Assembly (NCBI GenBank): GCA_947458265.1
Contig: CANGYF010000013.1
Location: forward strand, 57,301 to 121,300
DNA length: 64,000 bases
Direction of reading: 5' to 3'
Origin: Betaproteobacteria bacterium
GTDB lineage: Bacteria; Pseudomonadota; Gammaproteobacteria; Burkholderiales; CAIKXV01
The translations under genes were made by a program, and so were the position numbers. A model generated the notes under the pieces. The model made no database searches, was not told the origin of the DNA, and saw only the letters and a list, made by a program, of their open reading frames with translations. Positions 45,757 to 54,756 of the stretch are shown here, piece by piece. Within the stretch, counting starts at the first letter, position 1. The number at the start of each line of letters is the position of its first letter.

Positions 45757-45814
45757 GCCTCAGCCGGCAGCCTTCCGGTTCTCGACCAGCTTCGCATCCA
45801 CCAGCTGCACGATC
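45757..45814. repeat. Direct repeat copy B (functional 3' end of the 45760-46827 gene)
   Basis: See copy A. This copy is contiguous with the intact reading frame ...DEIVQLVDAKLVENRKAAG*. Confidence 0.85.
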
Positions 45815-46827
45815 TCGTCGAGCACCGGCGAACGCTGCCCCTGCTGTGCCGCGACCTGCTGCACCAGCCGGTCGACGCGCTCGATGTTCTGTGCCCCGCC
45901 GTACAGTGCACGCGCAGCCGACGACGGGCTGCCCAGGCCGTTGGCGGCATTGGCATACTTCTCGAACGGCACCAGGTCACCGGCATCGGCACCGAGGTTG
46001 CGGCACAGGCCGAACACCCACTCGTACATCTCGCGCGAGGCGGCCAGGTCGGAATGCACCGAATCCTTGATCGAACGCATGCCCTGCGGCGTGATGCAGC
46101 GGTAGTTGCCCGCCATCAGCATCGCCCACTTGGCGAGCGGCACGAAGACCGATTCGTGCACGCGCAGCTTCACCGGCAGTTCGATCGGCGCGCCGCCGTC
46201 GCCCGCATCGAAGCGGATCGCGTCGATGCCAGCCTCGAGCTCGCGCAGCAGCGCAGTATCGGCATCGGATTCGAAACGCGCGGCCTTGAAGTTGGTCGGC
46301 AGGCGCACCTGCAGCACGTTCACCGGCTCCTCCGGCGGGCGGAAGGCCTGGGCGTCGGGGCTGCACAGGGTGAGCGTCGCCGGGTCGAACGAATCCCAGA
46401 CGGTCGCATCGGCATAGGCATCGCGGCACTTCGTCGCGTCGAGGCCCGGGATGCGCTTCAGGTAGGGATAAGGCGGCATGTTCATGATCGACATGCAGGG
46501 CACGCGCGACTTCGCCACTGCATCGAGCAGCTCGCGCACGCCGGCGGAGCGGTACTGCGGCTCCTGCATCGCCAGCGCGATCAGGTCGTAGTTCTTCGGG
46601 TCGACCGCGCCGGGGCCGGCGGCATCGAGCTTGCCCGGTGCCTTGCGCGTGTCGATCTCGACCAGGCCTTCACGCCCCTTGATCGGCAGGCGCACCCGCG
46701 CGCCGTCACGGTTGAAGGCCTCGACTTCGGCCGGCAGGCAGACCAGGGTGACCGCATGCCCGGCGAGCGCCAGCTTGGCGCCGAGCAGGGAGCCATAGGA
46801 GGCACCCAGTATCAGGATCTTCTTCAT
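45760..46827 (-). CDS. NAD(P)-binding oxidoreductase, ketopantoate-reductase (ApbA/PanE)-like N-terminal domain
   Basis: MKKILILGASYGSLLGAKLALAGHAVTLV is a Rossmann GxxxG motif. Length is 355 aa. The family call is tentative. Confidence 0.65.
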   Translation of the reverse strand: MKKILILGASYGSLLGAKLALAGHAVTLVCLPAEVEAFNRDGARVRLPIKGREGLVEIDTRKAPGKLDAAGPGAVDPKNYDLIALAMQEPQYRSAGVRELLDAVAKSRVPCMSIMNMPPYPYLKRIPGLDATKCRDAYADATVWDSFDPATLTLCSPDAQAFRPPEEPVNVLQVRLPTNFKAARFESDADTALLRELEAGIDAIRFDAGDGGAPIELPVKLRVHESVFVPLAKWAMLMAGNYRCITPQGMRSIKDSVHSDLAASREMYEWVFGLCRNLGADAGDLVPFEKYANAANGLGSPSSAARALYGGAQNIERVDRLVQQVAAQQGQRSPVLDEIVQLVDAKLVENRKAAG

Positions 46828-46911
46828 CGTTGCTCCTCTCGCGCACCGGTGGCCGGCGGGATTGCCGGGTCCGCGTGCTGGATATGAATTGGTTGTGCGG
46901 CAGGACGCCGG

Positions 46912-47736
46912 TCAGCCGCCGACGCTGATCGCGTCCGTGGGTGCCAGCAGGCAGCGCAGCAGGCTGTAGGCGGCAAGGCTGGAGGTCTTCGGGTTCTCTT
47001 CCAGCGGGTTGCCGATCACGTGGTAGCGCAGGATGCCGAAGCTGCCTTCGGCCTCGACCTGGTGTTCGTTGCCGCGCGCCTGCGGATCGGCGAACAGCTG
47101 GACCGTGGTGTCGTCGAAGCCGACCCCGGCCAGTGCCACCGCAGCGCAGACGTTGGCGTTCTGCGGGAACGCGAGTGCCGCCTCGCGTGCGCTGCCTTCG
47201 AAGATAATGGTCGCTTCGCGGATGCCGTCGAGATCGAAGGACGACTCGGCGCGGGTGCCACGCCAGGCGAGCACCGGCTTGCGCCCCGTGTAGGTCACGC
47301 GCTTCAGTCCGCCCACGCGCGCCGACGAGATCGCATCGAGCGCGCCGATCGCGCCCGACGGGATGCGGATACGCGCGCCACCCTCGCGAGCCGCCTCGCG
47401 CAGCGCCTTTTCCAGCGGGGCATCGGCCAGCGCGCCCACGGACGCGACCACCAGGTCGATGCCTGCCCGCAGCACGCCAGGGCCGGACTGCAGCAGCCCG
47501 GCATGGCCGGCGCATTCGGCCACCAGACTGGGCCCGAGTGCCAGCAGCGCCGGCAGCGTCTCGACCAGCGGCACCTGTTCAGCGAAGCCACGGGCACGCG
47601 ACTGGGCGGGATCGATGTCCAAGGCGCCCACCAGCCGGATCTCGGGATGCCGCTCGACCACCCGGCGCGCGATCACCCGCGCGATCGAGCCTCCGCCAAT
47701 CAGGCCGACCGGGAACGAGGCAGCAGCGTCTGTCAT
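46912..47736 (-). CDS. L-aspartate dehydrogenase family protein (NadX-like)
   Basis: GLIGGGSIAR, ECAGHAGL, SGAIGALDAISSARVGGL, YTGRKP, FPQNANVCAAVALAG and NPKTSSLA closely parallel the proteobacterial aspartate dehydrogenase sequences I recall. Confidence 0.75.
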   Translation of the reverse strand: MTDAAASFPVGLIGGGSIARVIARRVVERHPEIRLVGALDIDPAQSRARGFAEQVPLVETLPALLALGPSLVAECAGHAGLLQSGPGVLRAGIDLVVASVGALADAPLEKALREAAREGGARIRIPSGAIGALDAISSARVGGLKRVTYTGRKPVLAWRGTRAESSFDLDGIREATIIFEGSAREAALAFPQNANVCAAVALAGVGFDDTTVQLFADPQARGNEHQVEAEGSFGILRYHVIGNPLEENPKTSSLAAYSLLRCLLAPTDAISVGG

Positions 47737-47746
47737 CGCGGATCTC

Positions 47747-49183
47747 CTATCGGCTCGTGCGCATGCCGATGAACTTCAGCTGCGAATACTCTTCCATCGC
47801 GTAGCGGATGCCTTCGCGGCCGAAGCCGCTGTCCTTCATGCCGCCGAACGGATACATGTCGAGCCGGAAGCGGCTCGCCTCGTTGATCCAGACCGAGCCG
47901 CAGTCGAACTCGTCGGCCACGCGCAGCGCCGTGTCGAGGCTGGCGGTGAAGCATGCGCCCTGCAGGCCGAACTCGGAATCGTTGGCCTGCGCCAGCGCAT
48001 CGTCGAGGTCGCGTGCCGACTGCACCACCACCAACGGACCGAACGCCTCCTCGCACAGCACGCGCGCCCCGTCGGGCGCCGCGACGATGATCGCCGGCGA
48101 CAGCAGTGCGCCATCCATCGTCGGCTTGAGCGCGATGCGTGCACCCTTCGCCTCGGCATCGGTGACCATCGACATCACGCGCTGCGCGGCGGCCACGCTG
48201 ACCATGGTGCCGACATCGGTCGTCGGGTCGGTCGGGTCACCCACCTTCAGCTTCTTCGCGGCGGCGACGAACTTCTCGACGAAGGCCTCGAACACCGGCT
48301 GCTCGACGATCACCCGCTGCGCCGAGATGCACTGCTGGCCGCTTGCCTCGAAGCCGGCCGCGGCGATCTTGGTGGCGGCGTCGTCGAGGTTGGCATCGGC
48401 CAGCACCAGGTTCGCCGCATTGGAGCCCAGTTCGGCGCAGAACTTCTTCGGTCCGGCCGCGGCCGACAGCGCTCGCGCCGCCGCGACGCCGCCGGTGAGC
48501 GTGATCACCGAGGTCAGCGGATGCGCGACCAGTTCCAGCGCCGCGCTGCGGTCGCCGGTGACGACATTGAACAGGCCGTCGGGCAACCCTGCCTGCTTCG
48601 CGAGTTCCGCGAAGGCGAGCGCGACCTCGATACCGGTCGGGTGCGGCTTGACCACCATCGCATTGCCGGTCGCCAGCGCCGGGGCCAGCTTCTGCACCAG
48701 CAGGTTGGCCGGTGCGTTGAACGGCGTGATGGCCGCCACCACGCCGCAGGGTACGCGGCGCGCATAGCCGAGGTGGCCAGCGCCGGCAGGCGCGGAATCG
48801 AGCGGCAGCACTTCACCGCGGCCCGCGAGCAATTCGGCGATCGTGTTGCGCAGGAAGGCACCGACGCGCGAGGCCTCGAAGTTCGCTGCCTTGCGCGGCT
48901 TGCCGATGGTGTCGACGATCATCTGCGAGATGCGCGCGCTGTCCTGCTCGAACGCCTTCGCCAGCGCTTCCATCCAGGCCACGCGCTGGGCGATCGTGCT
49001 GCGCCGGTGCTTCATGTAGGCCGCATGGGCGCTCTTCACCGCCTGGTCGACGGTCGACTTGTCGGTCTCGACGATGCGACACAGCAGCTTGCCGTCGATC
49101 GGCGACACCAGATCGAAGGCGGCATCGGTAGATTGAGGTTCGACGAGCTTGCCATCGATCCAGGAGACGAGGGTACGGGTCAT
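47747..49183 (-). CDS. NAD(P)-dependent aldehyde dehydrogenase
   Basis: FNAPANL, VVKPHP, the TLTGG block, AELGSNAANLV and GQQCISAQR are the ALDH Glu and Cys signature regions. Length is 478 aa. Confidence 0.9.
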   Translation of the reverse strand: MTRTLVSWIDGKLVEPQSTDAAFDLVSPIDGKLLCRIVETDKSTVDQAVKSAHAAYMKHRRSTIAQRVAWMEALAKAFEQDSARISQMIVDTIGKPRKAANFEASRVGAFLRNTIAELLAGRGEVLPLDSAPAGAGHLGYARRVPCGVVAAITPFNAPANLLVQKLAPALATGNAMVVKPHPTGIEVALAFAELAKQAGLPDGLFNVVTGDRSAALELVAHPLTSVITLTGGVAAARALSAAAGPKKFCAELGSNAANLVLADANLDDAATKIAAAGFEASGQQCISAQRVIVEQPVFEAFVEKFVAAAKKLKVGDPTDPTTDVGTMVSVAAAQRVMSMVTDAEAKGARIALKPTMDGALLSPAIIVAAPDGARVLCEEAFGPLVVVQSARDLDDALAQANDSEFGLQGACFTASLDTALRVADEFDCGSVWINEASRFRLDMYPFGGMKDSGFGREGIRYAMEEYSQLKFIGMRTSR

Positions 49184-49372
49184 GGTCAGGTATCCGTTCG
49201 AGCGGGGAAGAAGGAGGCAGCGCCGTCCTCGGGGTGGGCCTTGCCGGCGAACTCGCTCTTCGCCTCACCACCGACATGCAACGCGAACGGTGACGCACAG
49301 TCGAGCAAGAACTGTTGCGCATGCGACAGCCATGCGCCGCCCAGGATCGGGCTGGCGTGCGGCAGGCCCACC

Positions 49373-50008
49373 TCAGGCCTTGGCCGGCACGGCCGGGTTC
49401 AGCGAATAGACACCGGTGAGGGTCGCACTGCCGAGCGTGTGCCCGGCGATCGCGGCGCGCACGTCGGCGCCGGTGAACCGGCCCTCGACCGGGCAGCGTT
49501 CTACATCGAGCGCATGCAGCGTGAACACGTAGTGGTGGACGATCGAATCGTTCCACGGCGGGCACGGACCATCGTAGCCGTGGTAATCGCCGCCCATGTC
49601 CTTGTCGCCCCCGAACCAGAGCGTGTAGTCGTTCACCCCCTGCCGGGTTCCATGCGGCCCCTGCGGACCGGGCTTTCCCTTCGCGGTCACTGCATCACTG
49701 AACTCGCCCTCTTTCAGCCCGGCCAGCGAAACCGGGATGTCGACCAGCACCCAGTGGAAGAAGTCGATGCGCGCGAGCGACTTAGGGATCGTGCGCCCTT
49801 CCTGGTTGACGTCGGTCGCCTCGCTCGGCACGTCCGGGTCGCAGCACAGCAGCACCAGCGATTTCGTGCCGGGCGGCAGGTCGGCCCAGGCGAGGTCCGG
49901 GCTCAGGTTATCCGACAGGCCGGCATGGGTGACCGCGTCGGGCTTGCAGAAGGCGAACTTCGAAGGGATCGGGGTGTTGTCGGCGAATGCGTGCGAGGTC
50001 AGTTTCAT
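49373..50008 (-). CDS. YbhB/YbcL-family (PEBP / Raf-kinase-inhibitor-like) protein
   Basis: The start MKLTSHAFADNTPIP at 50008 follows GGAGCC. The blocks LLCCDPDVPS, FFHWVLVDIP, GYDGPCPP and HHYVFTLHALD are present. Confidence 0.85.
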   Translation of the reverse strand: MKLTSHAFADNTPIPSKFAFCKPDAVTHAGLSDNLSPDLAWADLPPGTKSLVLLCCDPDVPSEATDVNQEGRTIPKSLARIDFFHWVLVDIPVSLAGLKEGEFSDAVTAKGKPGPQGPHGTRQGVNDYTLWFGGDKDMGGDYHGYDGPCPPWNDSIVHHYVFTLHALDVERCPVEGRFTGADVRAAIAGHTLGSATLTGVYSLNPAVPAKA

Positions 50009-50137
50009 CGGTGGCTCCGCAGGAATGTGCAGGTGACGCGGCGTGATCACACGCCGCGCAAGGATGATAAACGGACGGCGCGGCCAGTGCGCGCTCGCTG
50101 TCCGGTGCGCGACAGCCTGGACGCGCTGCCCGATCGG

Positions 50138-51229
50138 TCAGTTCTTCGAGCGCAGGCGCAGCGCCCGCGCATCCGGACCCAGCCGGGCCAGCGCCGCCAC
50201 GGCCTGGTGGAACCGTGCAAGGTCGCCCCCGGCCTCCTCCAGCAGCCGCTGGAACGCAGGCACATGCTCGTTGTAGAGCGCCACCGACGCGAGCTGCGCA
50301 TTGTTCGGCCCGTCGCCGAACCAGCGATCGAAGCCTTCGAACGGCATGGCCGCGCGATCGGCTGACGCAGGCGCGCCCCACGCCAGCCTGAACGCGGCGT
50401 ACTCGGCGCGAAGCCGCTCATCGAGCACCCCGCGCCCGGCGCGTTTCGCGACATCGTCGACCGGCTCTCGGAACAGCACGGCGAGACGCTCGCGGTGCGC
50501 GAGCAACAGGCCGAAGAACGCCTCGCGTCGCGCGAGCGTCCGGGCATACGCCTCGCCCGCGACCGGGTCGCCGTTATGCTTCATCCAGCGACGTACGCCC
50601 TCGAGTTCGACCGCGACCGCGTACGACTCGTTGAATGCCGTATCTCCCGGAAGGTAGACCCTCTGGTGCGCGAGCTCGTGGAAGATCAGCCGGGCCAGCT
50701 CCGCCTCGGGCCAGCGCACGAACGTGTTGAGCACCGGGTCGTCGAACCATCCGAGCGTGGAGTACGCCGGCACCGGCCCGACCCAGGACTGCAGCCCCTC
50801 TTCGCGGCGTGCGCGCTCGGCAAAGCGGTCCGCCGCTGCCCGGTCGAAGTAGCCTCGGTAGCCGACGCAACCGGCGATCGGGAAGCACCACTGCTTCGCG
50901 TCCACCGAAAACTCGGCAGCGGCGAACACGTTCCAGACCACGGCCGGCCGGCCCAGGTCGGCATAGGTGCGGTAGCTGCCATTGTCGGGCAAGGCCAGTT
51001 CCCGGCTGGCGAATTCCCGGATGCGCAGCACCAGGGCGAGGCGCTCCTTCAGGTCGGCGGGCGTTGCCGGATCGGCCACCACGTCCTCGATCGCCCGCGA
51101 CCGGGCGAGCAGGCCCAGGTGACCTTGGACCGCCTGCGCGTAGAAGCCGACCGTCGTGCAGCCGCCGAGCATCCCGACCTGCAACGCGGCCAGCAGCACC
51201 ACCCCCGCCAGGCCCAGCGGACGCTTCAC
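50138..51229 (-). CDS. Putative lipoprotein zinc aminopeptidase (PF10023-like)
   Basis: The lipobox is LGGC. LPDNGSYRTYADLGRPAVVWNV, WCFPIAGCVGYRGYF, AYSTLGWFDDP and IFHELAHQ (HExxH) are present. The GTG start overlaps the upstream stop. Confidence 0.7.
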   Translation of the reverse strand: MKRPLGLAGVVLLAALQVGMLGGCTTVGFYAQAVQGHLGLLARSRAIEDVVADPATPADLKERLALVLRIREFASRELALPDNGSYRTYADLGRPAVVWNVFAAAEFSVDAKQWCFPIAGCVGYRGYFDRAAADRFAERARREEGLQSWVGPVPAYSTLGWFDDPVLNTFVRWPEAELARLIFHELAHQRVYLPGDTAFNESYAVAVELEGVRRWMKHNGDPVAGEAYARTLARREAFFGLLLAHRERLAVLFREPVDDVAKRAGRGVLDERLRAEYAAFRLAWGAPASADRAAMPFEGFDRWFGDGPNNAQLASVALYNEHVPAFQRLLEEAGGDLARFHQAVAALARLGPDARALRLRSKN

Positions 51230-51903
51230 ACGCGCGGTGCGCCCGGGCTGAACCGCCCGGTGCGCAGGAAGGCCGCCACCTCATCGGCCACCCCGGCGGA
51301 CAGGATCAGCGAACTGTGCGCCACCGGAAGCAGGATGGTGTCGCAGGCACCGGGCACCCGCGCTTCTTCCAGCGACACCGCGCCATCGTTGATGCCGGGA
51401 AAGCGGATGAGTATCCGCGACAGCCCCAGCGGCCTGCTGCCCGCGATCACGCCGACCTGATGCCTGGGGTCGGGCCGAGGGCGCGGTGCGGCCAGCCATT
51501 CGCGCAGCGTGCGCCCGAGCATCCGGTGGCCACCTGGCAAACGGAGCAGCGAATGTGCGGCCGCACTGTCCGCATAGGGTATCCCGAGCAGGACCACTCG
51601 CGACACCCGCTCGGCCAGCGCTGGACTGTCGGCCAGCGCACGCAGCAGCAGCGCACCGCCGGTGCTGTGGCCGACCAGGTGAAGCTTGACCGGCGCATCG
51701 CCTTCACTGCCCCTGCGGCCCTCGGCCATCGCGAACGCCGAGAGTCGCCGGGCGTTGGTTGACAGATCGTCCACCACGCTGGCATAGCCGAACGATCGTG
51801 CGGAGAACCCCGCCCGGCGCAGGCGGTTGCCGAGCAGCGCCATCGACGCCGCCGGCATCCACAGGCCGTGGATCAGGACGACCTGGTCAGGTGACGACGG
51901 CAT
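51226..51903 (-). CDS. Alpha/beta hydrolase
   Basis: VVLIHGLW is the oxyanion region and LVGHSTGG is the GxSxG nucleophile elbow. Length is 225 aa. Confidence 0.75.
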   Translation of the reverse strand: MPSSPDQVVLIHGLWMPAASMALLGNRLRRAGFSARSFGYASVVDDLSTNARRLSAFAMAEGRRGSEGDAPVKLHLVGHSTGGALLLRALADSPALAERVSRVVLLGIPYADSAAAHSLLRLPGGHRMLGRTLREWLAAPRPRPDPRHQVGVIAGSRPLGLSRILIRFPGINDGAVSLEEARVPGACDTILLPVAHSSLILSAGVADEVAAFLRTGRFSPGAPRV

Positions 51904-52618
51904 CCGACAGTGCGTCGAGGTGCGCCACCTCGCCCCAGACCTCGAGCCGGAAGCGTCCGGCTTCGTGTTCCAGGCAGTTGTAGGCCGCGTTGTACAGGCT
52001 GAACACCCGCGGCTGGTCGAGCGGAATCGCGTGCGTGTGCCGGTACATCATGTCGAGGATGCCGCCATGCGCGACCACGCAGAGCGCGCCGCCCGGATGC
52101 GAGTCGACCAGCGAGGTGACTGCATCGACCGTGCGCTCGTACAGATCACGGAAGCTCTCGCCGCCCGGGATGCGGAAGTCGGCATCGCGATGCTTCGAGC
52201 GCGCATGTTCCTCGGGATGGCTCGCCGCGATCTCCGCGCTGGTCTTGCCTTCCCACTCGCCGAAGTCCATCTCGCGCAGCCGGCGGTCGGCGATCGGTTG
52301 CGGCGCATCGGGGCGCTCGGCAAGCGTGGCCTGCCCGATCGCCAGCGCGGTATTCCAGGCGCGCTGCAGGTCGCTGGCGTAGATCGCGGTGAAACGTTCG
52401 CGCTTCAGCCGCTGGCCAATCGCCAGTGCCTGCTGCTGACCGAGCGCCGACAGCGGCGTGTCGGTCTGGCCCTGGATGCGGCGGTCACGGTTCCACTCGG
52501 TCTCACCGTGGCGGATCAGCACGACCCGGGTCGTCACCCGCGACGTGGAGGCCCCGCCATTGTCCGTACCACCACCCGTCCCCTTGGCCGCCTCGGCCCC
52601 TGCCGGCTCACTGATCAT
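51887..52618 (-). CDS. Histidine phosphatase (phosphoglycerate-mutase-like) family protein
   Basis: The start is MISEPAG at 52618. LIRHGETEWN is the RHG motif and the later VVAHGG motif is present. Confidence 0.85.
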   Translation of the reverse strand: MISEPAGAEAAKGTGGGTDNGGASTSRVTTRVVLIRHGETEWNRDRRIQGQTDTPLSALGQQQALAIGQRLKRERFTAIYASDLQRAWNTALAIGQATLAERPDAPQPIADRRLREMDFGEWEGKTSAEIAASHPEEHARSKHRDADFRIPGGESFRDLYERTVDAVTSLVDSHPGGALCVVAHGGILDMMYRHTHAIPLDQPRVFSLYNAAYNCLEHEAGRFRLEVWGEVAHLDALSDAVVT

Positions 52619-53588
52619 CGGCCTGCTTTCCGGCCGGCTTTCCGTCCGCATTTCCGTCCAACTCCGCCTTGATGATCTGGAAAGCCGCCGCCAGCGTCTT
52701 CTCGTAGCGCGCACGTTCGGCGACGATGGTCTCCGGCGTCCACTGGTAGAAGCCTTCGCCGGTCTTCATGCCCAGCTTGTTCGCCGCCACCCGATCGGTG
52801 AGCGCACTGCTCACATCGGGCGAATTGTTGAAGTGCGGATACATCTCGGCGCCCGCGGCCGCATGCACCTCGAGGCCGGCATGGTCGCGCTGCAGGCAGG
52901 GACCGGCCGCGATGTAGCGGAAGCCGAAGCCGAACCGGACGGCGGCATCGATGTCCTCCGCTTCGCAGAAGCCCTGCTCCATCAGCCAGAACGCCTCGCG
53001 CGACAGCGCATGCTGCAACCGGTTGGCGAGGAAGCCGGGAATGTCGCGCTTGACCCGCACCGGCACCCGGCCGGTCGCGCGCAGCATCGCGCAGACATGG
53101 TCGGCCACCTTCGGATCGGTGGCCTCCGAGCTCACCACCTCGACCGCCGGCACCAGGTGCGCCGGCATGAAGTAGTGGGTATTCAGCATGCGGTCGCGCG
53201 AGGCCAGGCCCTCGCCGATCTTGCTGATGCCGATCGCCGAGGAGTTGCTGCAAAGCGGGGTATCGCGCCGGGCGAGCGTCTCGAGTTCGCGGAACAGGCT
53301 GCGCTTGAGCTCCAGCTGCTCGGGCACCGCCTCGATCACGATGTCGATCGCCGGCCAGGGCACGCCCGCGAGGCTGTCATGCACCGTGTAGCGGGCACGC
53401 GCCGCCGCATCGGCACCGAGCTTGTCGAAGGTCTGTCCGATGCGCTCGGCGATCACGGCCCGCGCCTGCGGGAAGGTCTCGACGATGTGCGCCTGCGCGC
53501 CGGCATTGGCGAAGGTCGCCGCGATGTCGCGGCCCATCGTGCCGCCACCGACCACGGCCACCTGAATACGGGAAGCATCCATGTTCAT
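52608..53588 (-). CDS. 3-hydroxyacyl-CoA dehydrogenase family protein
   Basis: The start MNMDASRIQVAVVGGGTMG at 53588 follows AGGACGGA. AVPEQLELK, SNSSA, HYFMPAHLVPAVEV and PGFLANRL are present. Confidence 0.85.
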   Translation of the reverse strand: MNMDASRIQVAVVGGGTMGRDIAATFANAGAQAHIVETFPQARAVIAERIGQTFDKLGADAAARARYTVHDSLAGVPWPAIDIVIEAVPEQLELKRSLFRELETLARRDTPLCSNSSAIGISKIGEGLASRDRMLNTHYFMPAHLVPAVEVVSSEATDPKVADHVCAMLRATGRVPVRVKRDIPGFLANRLQHALSREAFWLMEQGFCEAEDIDAAVRFGFGFRYIAAGPCLQRDHAGLEVHAAAGAEMYPHFNNSPDVSSALTDRVAANKLGMKTGEGFYQWTPETIVAERARYEKTLAAAFQIIKAELDGNADGKPAGKQADDQ

Positions 53589-53827
53589 TCCGTCCTGTTC
53601 GAATCTGTCGTCTTTACGGGTGCATCGGGCGGGGGCCCCAGCACGGTACCGAACTGCTTCACCCGGCGCACCACGACGAGCGCACCGATGAAGGGCAACA
53701 CCCAGGCCACCGCCAGCCATTTCACGCGATCGCGTCCGGACAGCATTTCGTCGGGAACGATCTGCAGCGTCGCCCAGACGGCGAGCGTGGCGTAGGCACA
53801 GGTGATGATTCCGGGCACGGGATCCAT
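53585..53827 (-). CDS. Small membrane protein, PLD-nuclease N-terminal (PLDc_N)-like
   Basis: The 80-aa product has two hydrophobic helices. KWLAVAWVLPFIGALVVV resembles the PLDc_N motif. There is a 4-nt overlap with the downstream gene. Confidence 0.5.
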   Translation of the reverse strand: MDPVPGIITCAYATLAVWATLQIVPDEMLSGRDRVKWLAVAWVLPFIGALVVVRRVKQFGTVLGPPPDAPVKTTDSNRTE

Positions 53828-53950
53828 GCGCGCATTCTACGGGAAGGCGTGCACCGCCCAGGATGCCGAAGGTATCCGCACGCCGCTCCAGGGGGTGCCA
53901 CGGCGTACCACGCCACTTGCCTGCCCGGATCCGTGCCGCGACAATCGCGC

Positions 53951-54736
53951 GTGATCCAGGAACTGTTCGGCGCGCTGTCCGCTACCACGCTGTTCACCGA
54001 CCCGGCCTCTGCCGCACTGGTCGCGGGCGTGGTGTTCATCGCCTATGTCGCCTTCGGCGTGTCCGGCTTCGGCTCGGCGCTGATCGCGGTGCCGATCATC
54101 GCGCACGTATGGCCGCTCACCGTCGTAGTGCCGCTGTTCGCGCTGTTCGAGATCGTCGCCGCGGTCACCGTCGGCGGCAGTCACTGGAAGTCGGTCGAGC
54201 GGCGCGAACTGATGACGCTGGTGCCCTTCATGCTCGCCGGCATCGCGATCGGCGTCACCCTGCTGCTGTCGTTGCCCTCGCCCTGGCTGCTGGTTGGCCT
54301 GGGTGCCTTCGTGCTGTGCTACGGGCTGCGCGGCGCGCTGAAGAAGAACCGCGCATTCGCGAAAGTGTCGCGCCTGTGGGCGGTGCCCACGGGGCTGGTC
54401 GGCGGCGTGATGAGCGCGCTGTTCGGTACCGGCGGCTCGTTCTACCTGATCTACGTCGCAGGGCGGGTCGAGGACAAGGGCGCGCTGCGCGCCACCCTCT
54501 CGACCGTGCTCGGCACCAGCAATGCGGTGCGACTGGTCGTGTTCATCGTCGCCGGACTGCTGGCGCCCGCCGTGCTGTTCACCGCACTCACCCTGCTGCC
54601 GGTGGTCTTCGCCGGGCTGTGGGTCGGCGGACGGATGCACGCCCGGGTCACCCGCGAGCAGATCATCCGCGGCGTGTGCATCCTGCTGGTGGCGAGCGGC
54701 GCCTCGCTGCTGGTGCGCGCGCTCGGCCAGGTCTGA
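53951..54736 (+). CDS. TauE/SafE-family sulfite/anion exporter
   Basis: GTG at 53951. There are roughly 7-8 TM helices with the repeated G.SGFG / GTGGS motifs typical of the family. Confidence 0.8.
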   Translation: MIQELFGALSATTLFTDPASAALVAGVVFIAYVAFGVSGFGSALIAVPIIAHVWPLTVVVPLFALFEIVAAVTVGGSHWKSVERRELMTLVPFMLAGIAIGVTLLLSLPSPWLLVGLGAFVLCYGLRGALKKNRAFAKVSRLWAVPTGLVGGVMSALFGTGGSFYLIYVAGRVEDKGALRATLSTVLGTSNAVRLVVFIVAGLLAPAVLFTALTLLPVVFAGLWVGGRMHARVTREQIIRGVCILLVASGASLLVRALGQV

Positions 54737-54756
54737 GCCGGGCTTCTAGGCCCGGG

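Noticed and set aside
49186-49371. 61-aa minus-strand ORF in the gap between the aldehyde dehydrogenase and PEBP genes
   Set aside because: It has no Shine-Dalgarno and no recognisable motif, and its composition is unremarkable. It is probably a noncoding promoter or leader region. I cannot exclude a small protein.
47363-50365. 1000-aa plus-strand ORF; also 53863-56991 (1042 aa), 9417-11414 (665 aa) and 36375-38174 (599 aa)
   Set aside because: Each is antisense to several independent, motif-supported genes and crosses their boundaries. I read them as GC-driven open frames.
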